From Octopus bimaculoides (Eukaryota), in NCBI RefSeq assembly GCF_001194135.2, contig NC_068984.1, forward strand, positions 82,495,270 through 82,559,269: a DNA stretch of 64,000 nucleotides. Reading direction: 5' to 3'. Below, piece after piece: positions 36,716 through 49,985 of the stretch. Every line of letters starts with the position of its first letter. Position 1 is the stretch's first letter. The position numbers were made by a program, and so were the translations under genes. The notes below the pieces were generated by a model. The model made no database searches, was not told the DNA's origin, and saw only the letters and a program-made list of their open reading frames with translations.

Positions 36716-38327
36716 TTAAACTGTTGAAAACATGAATAGAAGCCTCGTATGAGTAAATAATGTCCTTGAGCATTTATGGTAGAATAATAACCGAATAGTT
36801 TCAAGCCAGATATCACAAATTTCTTCATTTGTTGCTTGGCCATAATTCACATCAGAGCTAATTTCATTTACTTGTATCTCATCTTCTTCTTCAATTTTGT
36901 CATTATGTGCATCTGGCACATTTACCTCAAGGCCAGACAAAACATCCTGTAAGCGAGAGTTTAAGAGGCTAGGTTCTACAGTCTGTCCATGAGGAGCAAT
37001 TCCACAACATTCAAAGGCATGCTTTATAGTTTCTTTATTTAAAGTGGCAACGGCTTGGGTCACAAAGTTCACTATCACTTGATAAGAAGGTCTTTTGCAA
37101 TAACCTTTATTTGTAAACTCCTTTTTGTCATTTGAAAACCAATTCTCCCATTCAGTACGAAGGGCTTTCTTGAAAGGACCAATAATTGATACATCTAACG
37201 GCTGCAAGTAAGATGTTGTTTTAGGAGGTATAAGTTTGAGAATTGTATTCCTACGTTTGAACACTTCTGTTTTCTTGTGCACTGAGCATTCACACTGAAT
37301 TTTGAGCATGGAATAGTTGTGCTGTTCTCTGCCCAAACACTTTGTCAGCCCACAGCTACATGAGTTCATATGTGATTGATCCCTTGTTGGAGACTGTTAA
37401 GTAAATATTCTTTAGGACCTTGATTTTAAGCACGTTTTTTCAATCCTTTAAGGATAATCATTGTTTTCAACACCTTTCCTGCAGCATTAACACACAACAC
37501 AGCAGTAAAACAAGCTTTGGTAGCACCACGGTGGCTAACATCTACATTTGTATTGCCAACAAAGTCTATGGTTGTTGAACTCAACATGTCAACGTATACA
37601 GGTGTTTCATCCATATTATAAATCTGGTCAGCATCCTTATCTGCTGTTAATACTGGAATGCTATCTTGATGGTCACTGGCGATTTGTGCCTTTTCTCCGA
37701 GTGTTTTATTGTCTGCTTGACCAACATGTGTAATCTTTCTCACAGTCAGTTTATTCCGTTTCATGAAATTGAAAATCCATTTATCAGAACATCTAAAGCT
37801 GTTCATTTCAATTCCGAACCTTTTTACCAATTCAAAAGTATATTCCCGTAAACGGCGATAATTTGCAATTATATTGTTTGCACGTTGAACAACAATCCAT
37901 TGCAAGAGTTCAATCTCTAGATCTCTATGTGCTGGTCTTATACCTCCAACAATTGATCTGCGCCTCTTGTCTGACATATTGATTAACTCAGTTACTTTTG
38001 TACACCATTCTCTCAATTGTCTTCTATCGATACCAAAGTCTCTTGACGCAGCAGATAAATTACCAGAATGTTCTTTTACTCGTTTAATAGCACTCAATTT
38101 TTCACTAATGGTATATGATTGTTGAACAAATTTTGATATATTTTCTTTCGACTCCATTATTGGGAATTAAGATCCTTTGAATTTATCTACAGACGTAGAC
38201 CAAATGAACTTCTAAATAGAATGCAAACAATAATACTATGTTTCAACTTTTAACCACAAATAACCGCCCATCCAAATAAACGTCCGTGGGCGATCTAATG
38301 GATGGGCGGATTTTCGGAAAACCCCGG
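36716..38327 (-). mobile_element. pogo/Tigger-family DNA transposon, disrupted transposase
   Basis: HTH-psq/CENP-B-like N-terminus (EKLSAIKRVKE...FRCSDKWIFNFMKRN), DDE_1 motifs NMDETP and QPLDV, and frameshifts/stops between ORFs 37426..38157 and 36716..37369. One end TA|CCGGGGTTTTCCGAAAATCCGCCC at 38327; no matching second TIR was seen. Confidence 0.9.
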
Positions 38328-38466
38328 TATTGTGCAGACAGATTAACTTGGTAAACTTGCACTTTCTTTTACACTGATTTTTAATTTCTCCAAATGAACC
38401 ATTGATCAGAACTACCAATGCAAAAATAATTAATGATTGTATTATAAAGGAAAAGAATACAACTTT

Positions 38467-39600
38467 TTAATGAGAGCCATGTATCTGGTGCGATCCAGCT
38501 AGTGCAGATACATTCGGTTTCAACTTGTTGACTTTTAGCCACAAGTCCCTTCGTTGTATCACATCCAATTCAATTCTTTTATGGGAAAGTAAAGTTCCAG
38601 TATGACTAAAACCAGATTCAACCAGGTACGAGGAAGGGAAGGCAAGCAAAAGTAATTTCAGATGTTTCCGCAGATTGGAGTAGGAATTCAATATACTTTG
38701 ATGTTACCACAAACCTTTGCCATTACGGCAATATCACATTGTGGCGTCATTATCATTTTGTAATTCTATCAGTTCCTCCCGAACGTCGTCCTCACAATCG
38801 ACTGCATCAACCTCAAATGGAGTGCTATACCAATTTGGAATATTCAGTGCAATAACATCTTCAAATCACTCCATCATGTCATCGTGCAATGATTGTAAAT
38901 AGTTGCGATATGTAGTTAAATCCTCATCAACCAATTCATCTTTCAAAGAGTCAAGTTGTAGAAATTGATGGAATGTTAGCCTTATACAGCACCAATTTTT
39001 AAATGAAAAGGTAGTGGTAAATGATTTACAATCAATGAGAGTTTTTCTGTTTCCTTGCAATAACATATACGAATCATTTAATTTTGGAAATATATCACAA
39101 AGAAAAAAGATATCGCACCTTACAACCATCAATGAAGCGGATAGTGGAGTATCTTCATAGAAATATATGATTATATGAAATAGTTCAACAAAGCGTAAAA
39201 TACAGTTTCCTTTTGACATCCACCACACTTCGGTATGATATAAGAGTTTAGTATAGTCCTCATCATTTCCCAGACAGAGTTGACGGAAAATTCGATCAGA
39301 CAAAGGACTGGACTTCAATTTGTTCACAGTCTTGATAACTAACTGTAGCGCATCATTCAATCTACCATTCATATTGTTTGCCATTAAATGCTGCTGGTAT
39401 GCCAAGCAATGAACAGTTAGTATCTGGTGGGAAATTTCACACTTTAGGAGAGATGAAAAACCTCTGTATCTTCCTATTATTGAAGGGGCCCCATCAGATG
39501 CACAGGCAAGAATATTACTGAGTGGGATATTATGTTCAAAAAGGATAGACTTGAGAGTGTGAAAAATAGTTGCGCCTTTTGAATCAATGTATTTGATATC
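38467..39600 (-). mobile_element. hAT (Buster/Charlie, FAM200/ZBED5-like) transposase fragment
   Basis: ACASDGAP, QQHL...NKLKSSPLSDRIFRQLC, LLYHTEVWWMSKG and dimerisation domain AFPSSYLVESGFS; several stops/frameshifts. Confidence 0.88.
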
Positions 39601-41249
39601 TAGTAACTTAATTGATTTCTGGTGCAGCTGTACTGTACGAAAGCTGCTTATTAATTAGTTTTGAATATGTAATTTTTACTAAAAGAAAGCAATTAGTAAA
39701 GTCTATGCTGTCTACAAAGTTCTTACAAATTCTAATTTTCAAAATATTCTTTTTTTATCAAATGTTTTTCAAATTTCTTCTGTTATTGAAGATTTCAACT
39801 GCAGAAAATTAATGTAAGTTCACCTTGAGATAGAGTTTCCTCCTTGTCTTCTCTGCCTGCAGAAAGTATGCAGCACATCTGTGTGTAGTAGTTGTGGTGA
39901 GTAAATCTTAGCCAATCAATCAGTTAGCTTTCTTTTGGATGTAATCTAAAACCCTTGTATGTGTGTTTGTGTGTGTGTGTGAGTGAGAGTAAGAGAGAGA
40001 GAGAGAGAAAGAGCAGTACCATCTCAGATATGTAAGCAGTACTCTTCTGATACAGATCTGAACTTTGCTTAAGATCGAATTTTATTGCTCTAAAGAGAAA
40101 AGCTATTGTTGTGTTACAATGTGAAGATGCTTTGCTTCCTCTGACCTGGACATGTGAACAGCCAAGGTCCATTAGGCCTTGCCTAGGCCCACCAGATCAA
40201 CTAGCCTCTCTCCTTCTCCTCATTCTTATCAGGTCATATTCCTCTTCACTGAAAATTTTGCACTAAGCATTTCACTAAATCACTCTTCTCCTGAGCACCC
40301 TCCTTGCTTATATTTTCTCTAAACTTCCAAAGTTAAAAAGAGTCTCCATGCATTTATTCAACCTGCTAGAAATAGCAACCAAATCTCCCTTAACTCTCAC
40401 TCTGTCAAAGGTTACATCTGGCAATATGTAATGAAGTCTTATATACAGTATACCTAGCTAAAAGAAGGATGGTTATAGTTGGAACACCAACTGTAACCAT
40501 CTTTCTGATTACAGGACTAATTGATCAAGGCTCACCTGGAGCTAAACATCAACAACAAGCCAACAAGGAACCTCTTTTGTTGCCTGACCTGCTAGAAAAA
40601 ACAGTCAAATTTCCCCCAAATCACACTGAATCTTCAAAGAGGAAGAATACATTAAATAGTGTAACTCCATAAGACAATTTTTTTTGCAGCTCAAATGGCC
40701 AACAAGGCTGTTGTTCACAGATGCATGGAGTAGATAAAAAAAAATAAGGATACATTATTCCTATAAAAAAAGATTGGATAGTCACAGCTGGAATGATTTT
40801 GATCACATATTTGCTAACTCAGAGTTACTCTGGGTCTAAATAACAACAGTTACTTCACAGTCTAAGAAAGCCTGAAATGGTTATGGTCCAGGTTCTTCTT
40901 CCTTAGACCAAAGAATAAAATAAAAATAACCAGGAAACCAACCAATGAAAATCATTTTTGGTTAAGGATTGATGTGCCTATAGATTAGCTGTAATAGTAG
41001 TAGCAGCAATAATAACAACTCTTTTACGTCATTCATTATCTCCAATTACATAAGTAATATCCAACAGCTTTACAGTAGCAATAGTTGCTTTGTACCTGCA
41101 GCAGTTTTCCTCCAAGTAAAAGCTATCATCATTATAGTAAGATTGCTCAGATAGACCTAAACTTAAAATAGGCTATTTGTTAGGTTGGCTACAGTGGCTT
41201 AAAAATGTATACATACAAACACACATACGCACAGACACAGACACACACA

Positions 41250-41375
41250 CACATATGCAGCATGGTTGTGTATTAAGCAGTTTGCTTTCCAACCACATGC
41301 TTCTTGGTTCCCATTCTAACGAAAGCCTTGTGAGTGGATTTGGTAGATGGAAACTGAAAGTAGCCTGTTGAGTGT
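41250..41375 (+). mobile_element. SINE fragment (same family as 30548-31126)
   Basis: gctttccaaccacatg...aaagccttgtgagtggatttggtagatggaaactgaaag followed by (TA)n. Confidence 0.7.
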
Positions 41376-41376
41376 G

Positions 41377-41410
<34 letters not shown>

Positions 41411-42914
41411 TATGGATATCTCTGTGTGTACCCATATATGCATGTATCTCTGTCCTGTACCCATATATGCATGTATATATACATATATATGTAGGTATGT
41501 ACATATATGTATTAATATATGCATATATTTATATATTATTTATATTATTATGATATATATATCCATATATATATATATATATATATCATCATCATCATAT
41601 ATATATATATATATATATATCATCATAAATCATCATCATCATCGTTTAATTCTACATATTCAAGAATATAAACACATTTTTAAGCACAACACACACGGAG
41701 TCAAAAAGAAACACTACCTTTCACTAGAACACCAGGGTCAGCACTGTTGTTCATGCAGTGCTCTCTCTCCCTAGCATGAAGCTTCCTATCTCAGACATGT
41801 GAGCATGTGCACAACAGCCAAACACTGTGTCACTGGAATTATGAAGTGCACAGTTCTATACAAGGATTTTTGTATTTTTTTCATGAACTAGGGGATGGCT
41901 ACCAACATTAAGCTTAAAGGTTATGTAATGTACAAGTATAAAGAAAGAATTAAAGAAAAAAGGACTCATTATATTGAATGTTATCGATAATATTGAATGG
42001 AAATAGGGGATGCTGCAGTTCCACAGTACCTATACATGAGCCGCTACTATCTCTGGCTTAACAGTTTTAGTCAAACTGCCTAACCCATGCCAGCATGGAA
42101 AACAAATGTTAAATGATGATGATCACACACATGCATGCAAAAAACAAGATATCACTTTCAGAAAAGTGTGACAACAATACAATGTTAATATCACTTACAC
42201 AACATAAATTACAGTGAGTGACTAATGACACTTAGCAAGCTAAAGAAGAAAGAACAGCTGAGAAATATCAGGATAGATAACTATTTTGACATTATGTGTC
42301 TCATTCAAGTGTGAGCATGCACACATGCACATACATATAGACACTATACTAACAGATGGAAAGTTTTGATATAAAATTATTAATGCTATTAATTTGACAA
42401 CCCCATCTCTCCAGAAGTTGTCCAACGTAGTTAAAATCAGCTGACCTATCTCTAAACATGTCTGACATAATTTAGATTTTTTAAGAATTTAGAGTTTTAT
42501 GAATAAAATTGTTTCTGTAGATTTTTAACCTTTTGCCTGTCCTGTATATCACATGTGATACACAGGAAATACTTTCCTGATGTCTCTGCACCATATATGA
42601 TACATATTCACAATTTATTGATCATCAGAGTAACTGAGGACTTATGAAAGGAGATCTTTATATTACCTAGAACATATGAAATAAAGGTTAACTAAAAGTC
42701 TGAAAACAAGCATGGACATTTAAGACAAACTTATGAAAATGCTTTGGACAGGCAAAGGGTTAACAGGAGGAAATTGGGAATTTGAGATATCCATGGATTT
42801 GCTAAGTGTATTGGTTATTTAAGAGATACAAATTGGTTTTAACTTGGAAGGAAGAACAATGTTATAAGAAATTTACACAGATTTCTGATTTAGAAATCAA
42901 TAATATAGATTTTT

Positions 42915-43045
42915 AATATAGGCACAAGGCCCTAAATTTTAAAGAGAGGATATAGGCAATTCAGTTCATTCAAATACTTGATTGTTACTTATTTAACTAA
43001 CTCTAGAAGGATGAAACAAAGTTGATCTCAGCAGAAATTAAAAGG
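42915..43045 (-). mobile_element. SINE fragment
   Basis: ggcacaaggccctaaatttt...ctagaaggatgaaacaaagttgatctcagc; family of 14920/18981. Confidence 0.6.
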
Positions 43046-44351
43046 ACATTTTTTTAATATATATTTTAATCAGAAGAAAAGGCAGTGTCCATGACCCTTT
43101 GCAGGGCCTCCAAAACTGATGGGAATGGAGAGGAAGGTATTCTCAAATTGAAGAACTGGCACAAATGCTGACTATGGTTTTAGAAAATGGTATTAAACTG
43201 GGTGATAGAATAAGTCTACATGAAAAAGTAACTAGAAAATGGCTAGAAATTAACTAATGTTAGCAATGCCTTTGACTGGAATGGTAAGATTGATGCAGAT
43301 AATGCGCAAGTCAACCATCTGCAGAAAAAAAAAAGAGGGGCTTGAAAGGGAGCTATGATGATTGCATTATTCTGAATGCTTGCTACAGAATGAAGCCTGC
43401 TAAACGCATGCAATGATTGCATTATGGTGTTAAAGTAGATGATGTTTAAACACCTGTCATTCAAAGTTAAGCCTAACCAAATTTAGTAATGCACAATTTC
43501 ACAAGGGAACTTCTATTTATTTGTTTAATATGTATAAAGTGGCACCCCCCAAAATTTCTTATCAAGCTCCTTACTGTCTTTAAAGTAGGAGAGTACATTT
43601 GAAATTCTAAATGTTATAACCTATAAGCTCTTAATAAACATAGGATAGCTATTAGAAAACATCATATGAATGTATCTGTTTTCTTTTTGGATAGTTACCT
43701 TCAAACATTTGAAATCCAGAAGAGGTGATAAGGGCTACCCTACAACAAAGAATGAGGGGGCAGCTCTACTGTCTAGAAAGAACACTCAAATTTCTTTCAA
43801 ATCACACCATATCGTCTTCAAAAACAGGATGTACTGGAGAATGCAGTCCTAGATATATAAGATGATATAAAAGATATATAAGATAGTTGGTCATATCTGG
43901 AATGCTTCCGATCATTGATCTGCTTGATCAAGGAACACCTGTTATTAAACAACAAAAGCAGCAGCACTAATTTTCAACCCTTAGCAGAGTTAAAATGTCC
44001 AGGTAGTTAATATATTTAGACTTTCACTGTATGGATCCAGAGTTCATAGGTTTCTATGTTAGTGTTAACCATTGTAGGTTAAAAATCATGCTGGAGCCCT
44101 GCTTGACACACTGCATCTTGTGCTTAGTTAATATCTAGTTTTTTTATGTTTATGTGTGTAGTTAGAAAATCAGTGTGTTGCTGGAAATTGCTCAAAGTGA
44201 TAATGACCTGAAATTGTTGGTCTGGCACAAGACAAAACCCTATCCAGATGATGCTTAAAATCCTTAATACAGGCCATAATCAGGTTTCTAACTTCTTTAG
44301 GTAAAGAATTAAAGCCCTAGGATTCCCTAAAGAGAAGACTGTTTTGATATA

Positions 44352-44588
44352 CAGTAATCCCTCGACTATCACGGGTGTTATGTTCCAGAACCCCCAGCGA
44401 TAGGTGAAAATCCATGAAGTAGAAACAGTGTTGTACTGAATATTTTTTAAAACTATTTTTATAATTTGTATATATTTATTTTACTATAAATGCAAAACAA
44501 CACTACAGAGGAATTGACGTAAGCTTAAATAATAAACCGCAATAGGTGGACTGCGAAAAGCAAAATGCGATATGGCGAGGGATTACTG
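44352..44588. mobile_element. Tigger-type MITE (237 bp) with TA TSD
   Basis: TIRs CAGTAATCCCTCG / CGAGGGATTACTG, with TA on both sides. Confidence 0.9.
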
Positions 44589-45617
44589 TAATGCTTTTGT
44601 TGTTGTTCAATCCTAAGTCAACTTTAATTAAGCAGACTTACCATTTTTCAAGATGGTACAATTCAATTTTAGTGAGATTTGGCTGCTATTTCAGGCAGCT
44701 TGAGTGACCATGTAAAAGCTCTCTCATTTGCTTTTCAGCTAAGAGATTGCTTCCTTGTATTAATCCAGTTTTTGTTGTTCACATTTGGTAAACTACAAAC
44801 CACACCATTTTTAGGAATGTCATGAAAGCAAATAAAGTACTATCAAATGTTATGACTTATAAAATAATATAATTTTATTGCAGAATTAGCAAATTATTTG
44901 ATGTTATGGTACACCAAATTGTAGCTGCTTTATGCATATCTTGACCAACAGGTAGTTGTATAGTGCACTTTACCTCACTCTGACGTTTATATCATTCCTC
45001 TGCCATCATCATCAATTTAGCATTTACTTTTCCATGCTTGCATGGGTCTTGTAATTTTTTTGGTGGTTGTTACTTAAGATGAAAGGGTGAGATTTCACTG
45101 AGATTATTAGCTGGTTGAATAAATATCGAAGGTACCATCATGATGCAAAACAGTCACATTAGAAATGTTGTCAATGCTGCTAACTGCCATGCATGCACAT
45201 AGATCCATTTGGCCAAAAAAAAAAAAAAAACTAAGTGGACGAATGTTAAATGCTACACCTGAAAGAAAGTTTCTTGAAAGAATTTGAGTGGAGATGGTCA
45301 AGGCCTTGGTGAATCATTTAGGCAAGGGAAAACTAAACTAGTTTTGAGCTCCAAGGTGGAGCCTTTTCTCAAAATGTCAAAATGTAAAAAAGTGTTGTTG
45401 AATTTTTTTTATTTTTTTTTAGAGGGGCTGGCAGACAGTCTTGGGCACACAACTGATGTACTGGCTAAACATCCCTTGTATAGGCTCTTGAGATCTGGTG
45501 ATAGCATAGTAAAATGACACATATGAGCATTGTGGTGGTTGAGTATTTTAAAAGATATTGATTACAGTTCGTGAACAATTTGCTGTTCTACAGGACAAAA
45601 TTATACTTAAGATTTGG

Positions 45618-46668
45618 GCATAACTACAGATGTATATCTCACCAACCTTGTTGCCTCATAACTTCCAGAGAAATGGATACTTTTTAACGTCATTTTCAAC
45701 AAAGACCACTTAGATGCTGTAGATTCAGAGTATATAGGGATTTATGGGAAAGAATTTTTCTGAGGGGTGGGGAAAGGAGTTTCGGAAAATTCTCACGATC
45801 CAACTTTTCTCCCACATAACCTTCAGGAAAATGGTTATCTTTTCATGAAATTTTATACAAAAATACCTTTCAAAGAAATTTGTGGAGAAAATTTTTTCCA
45901 AGGGAGTGGGGAGAGGAGTTTCGGATTAGGAAGACCAATTAAGTTGGAACTACTACATTTTTTTTTATTTCACCACAGCCTTCGAAATTGTTGATATTTT
46001 CAGAGGAAAAAGTGTGTGATTTAATGGAGATTTGGCAGTTGTTTCTAGCACATCTCAGACAACCCTCCTCGCTTTATATGCTTTAAAAAAAAAAAAAATT
46101 GTAGAACCTGAGAAGGTCATTGCTGGCATTTATCCACAGTGATAAGTTGGCCAAAATCAATCCGGGTGGTATGATGAGAGGGTGGGGGAATTGTAAAAAC
46201 AAAAAAAAAAAAATTCAAAACTTTTTTTTCATAAAAAGATATTCCCTCACCTATCATTTCGAATGGTGTGGTTAAATAAAAAATGGGGGAAAAATTATTA
46301 TTTAAACGGAGTAGTTCCAACCTATTTGGTCTTCTTGATCCGAAACTCCTCTCCCCATTCCCTCGGAAAAAAAATTCCCCACAAATTTCTTTATAATCGT
46401 AATCTATACCGTTTGAAAGGTATTTTGTATGAAATTTCACTAACAGATAACCATTTTCCCTGAAAGTTATGAAGGGAAAAAAATCGGATCGTGTGAATTT
46501 TCTTCTCCTCACCCCCTCGGAAAAATTCTTTCCCCATAAATCTCTATATTCGCTGAATCTACAGCATCTAAGCGGTATTTGTTGTAAATGTCGTTAAAAA
46601 CGTATCCATTTTTCTGGACGTTATGAGGCAAAAAAGTTGTGGGGGAGGGACTACACATCTAGTTATGC
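45618..46668. mobile_element. Large fold-back element (about 1.05 kb, arms about 370-420 bp)
   Basis: Arms gcataacta..gatgt / acatctagttatgc; ttgcctcataac.tccag.aaatggatac / gtatccatttttctggacgttatgaggcaa; cttagatgctgtagattcag / ctgaatctacagcatctaag; ggggagaggagtttcgga / tccgaaactcctctcccc; gttggaactact / agtagttccaac. Confidence 0.88.
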
Positions 46669-46866
46669 TAAGATTTGTCGTAAATACCTTGGTCAAGCAC
46701 TGACGAATAATTTCTTTCATTTGTTTAGAATTATCATTGATATGACAAAATACCGTTCAAATTTGTCTTCCCTCGATGACGTTTACAAAAATGTTAAAAC
46801 AATCTAATACAACCCCCCCCACACACACACACCGTCAACTAAACCATAAAATGTCATGACATGGTC

Positions 46867-47184
46867 GTTTGTTGTTGTTGGCACTCCGTCGCGGGTTCCA
46901 GTTGATCCAATCAACGGAACAGCCTGCTCGTGAAATTAACGTGCAAGTGGCTCAGCACTCCACAGACACGTGTACCCTTAACGTAGTTCTCGGGGATGTT
47001 CAGCGTGACAAGGCTGGCCCCTTCGAAATACAGGTACAGCAGAAATAGGAAGAAAGAATGAGAGAAATGTGTGGTGAAAGAGTTGTCGCTCAATAAACAC
47101 TCACAACGCCCGGTCTGGAAATCGAAACCGTGATCCTATGACCGCGAGTCCGCTGCCCTAACCACTGGGCCATTGCGCCTCCAC
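46867..47184 (-). mobile_element. tRNA-derived SINE with intact A/B boxes and conserved core
   Basis: - strand head gtggaggcgcaaTGGCCCAGTGGttagggcagcggactcgcggtcataggatcacGGTTTCGATTtcc. The core is related to 62010-62250. Confidence 0.85.
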
Positions 47185-49625
47185 GAAATGGTCGTAGTAC
47201 AGCGTCAATTAAAAGAGAGAGAGAAAATATCTTCCTCTTACACTAAAGCTTGAAAAAGTGAAACTGGTACGTTAAACTCGAATAACGTCTAGTCCTAGAA
47301 ACACAGGCGTGAAAAAATGGCATAAAAAAAAACATTATGGGTCCAGAAGAATGTTCTCGATCAGAACTGAGCCGGCTCACAAAGCAAAACACGTCTTTTA
47401 ACAGTGTCAAGCGGTTATTCTTTATACATTTTCTTGTAATTAAAGGCTAAAATTTTGTTAGGCCGTATTATAAACAACAGGAAGTTAGCCCCTTTCACTT
47501 TTCCTCTTCCTCCCCTTCATCCCACTTCAACGGTCTCAAAAAATGGGTCGGTGGTGATTAATTTCTGTAGATCATTATGAAAATGCACTTTAATTATAGT
47601 AATTAACAGTAAAATATTTTTGCATAAAACAAAACTATTAGAAATAAAAATCTATAATCGAAACAATGCTAATATTTTAGTAAACAATTGATGGCAATTA
47701 ATAATAAACAAAAAGCTGATAGCTAACGCCAGTGAATAATAGATTTTAGAATAAGGTTAAATATATGTCAATTTCTATCAGTCCTTAGCTTTGCGCAGAG
47801 GCGGTACCATGGCCAATGAGGTAAATCCGAGGCGTGGTTATTGCTAGTTGAAAACTATTCCCAATACCCCGCGTATAGCATCCTTCGAGGTGCTGTGCGC
47901 AATTTTTGCGCACCTCTAAGGAGGTGTAGAAGTCAATATAATAACAGATTGTATTTTAGCTAGGAAGTCTCAGAGATGACAATTCAGGTAAATCTGTAAC
48001 GAAGTTGTCGTTTGTTTTAGAATTTGTTTACTTGTGTCCCTACTAATTTACGCATGGCCGGTTATGCAGTATAACAGAATTGGCTGTTATATCTAGCACA
48101 TCGAATAACCATACTAAAGGCCTCTCGATTGTAAAAAGTGGAGTGTCATTATTTATTACAATCCGGTGGATCAGTACAATACAGATAAATGCATTTCATT
48201 AGCTGGTAACACAACCGCATTTTAATTTCGACTTCCAGATTATTGGAATACTGATTAATTTGCGTAGATGAAAAGGGTTATACGTCATCTGAAGTGATTT
48301 CTGGAACTATGCCAACGTATGCAATCATCATTACTATTATGGATGTTGTGAAGCGAAGTGATGGTTCCGAACAGAAGTACACCGGTGCATACGTCCGCAG
48401 GAGAAATGCTTTTTAATCTTCATCGGGATTTGAATACGGCGTAAGGCTAAATAACGTAAGGCATATTGTTCGAAGCCTTATCAGTTCCATCATTCACTGC
48501 TGGCTTTCTGGACGTGGGTATACTTTACTATAGCGACTGGAAAACAAACGTTTTAAAATGGAAAATAAATCACCTGATTCATTTGCGTCTGTGCGAAAAC
48601 ATGTCTTTTATCAAATGTTCGTCATTTATTAAAAGTGTTTCAACCATGACTAGGAATTCAAATGTAACCATCTAGTCTTTTGTAAGAGTCTTTCAACAGT
48701 GACCTTTCCATCTTTTTTTTTTTATTTTTAAGCCAAATAGGACTAATATTAACGACGAAATATATGTATTGAAGATAAATGAAGCTGTTATTTCTAGCAT
48801 GTTGAACAGCAAGAGTACATAAACATTAACACACATAAGTTTACCATTTGAAATTGTTTTTAGCTCCAGGTCGGTTCTGATCCAGCAACCTCATGATCCA
48901 AATACACGACTACACTATCCAATGCGGGAGATTTTGACTATTTTCTGAATTATCACAATTGGAACGTAAAAAACATAAATGTAAAAATGTGGAACTCGCT
49001 TTACTAAATAATTTATTACTATTAAAGAACATATTCATGCGAAGAAAATGTTTCGGAAAATGAATATATTATTTAATATTATTAACGATAAATCATTCTT
49101 TAAAACAGTTAAATAATGAAATAGATTACCCTTCTTTCCAGGTACGTAGAAGTAACTGAAAACGAAAAGAAAGTGTGACGCCGAGATTGTATAAAATTAG
49201 GCATGGGTATCCCAAAGTGAGCGAAACGAATTTGTAAATACTTGGAAGTAGTTTTATTAAGCGTCAGTTTAATAAATTTATATCTCCCTATCTGTCTGAC
49301 TGTCTGTTTATCTATCTGTCTATTTATCTATCTATAAGCCTATCTACCTACCTATATTCTATTTATCCATCTCCATTGTCATGGAACCTCACCCCAAAAA
49401 ACAAAAACAATGTTCTCTTCTAAACACTCCTCCCCCCCAAAAAAACATCTGTTTTATATAAATGAACAAGCTGTTAGTACATTCACAACATCTTATTTGA
49501 TAAGTTCGAGAAAAGAACGAAAGCGCTAATAATAATGAAGAAATAAAAAGATTTTTTTCTAAAATTCTAACGACCTTTCTTCTCAATATTCAATTTTTGT
49601 ACATCACACCTACCACACACACACA

Positions 49626-49689
<64 letters not shown>

Positions 49690-49759
49690 GTATAGGTGTA
49701 AGTATGTACATATACGTATGTATATATACATATATATTATTTATATTATATGTATGTGT

Positions 49760-49985
49760 GTTTGTAGCTGTTTGGTTGAGAAGCCTGCATCTCAAACGTG
49801 GTCTTAGATTTAATCCCACTGCGCGGCACATTGTGCAAGTGTCTTTTGATATGTGTATTAGTGTATGTGTGTGTCTATCTGTATGTCTAGCTGCCGTTTG
49901 ACAACCGGTACTAGTTTGTTTACGTCCCAGTCCCGCAGAAGAGATCGGACTTAGCAGATCCTATCAAACCGTCCAACCCAGCCCT
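49760..49985 (+). mobile_element. SINE (decayed), preceded by a compound (CA)(CT)(TA) microsatellite at about 49612-49690
   Basis: gtagctgtttggttgagaagc...aatcccactgcgcggcacattgtgcaagtgtc...tgacaaccggtactagtttgtttacgtccc; family of 30548-31126. Confidence 0.65.

Noticed and set aside
47090-47184. tRNA-like sequence with A and B boxes (also at 31040-31126, 1480-1550, 21960-22020, 58320-58400)
   Set aside because: No cloverleaf/acceptor stem; each continues into a SINE body, so these are SINE heads, not tRNA genes.
47800-47930. CCAAT + GGCGTGG and a gtgcgca-atttt-tgcgcac hairpin, promoter- or Helitron-end-like
   Set aside because: No adjacent gene and no CTRR at the proper distance; such motifs occur by chance.
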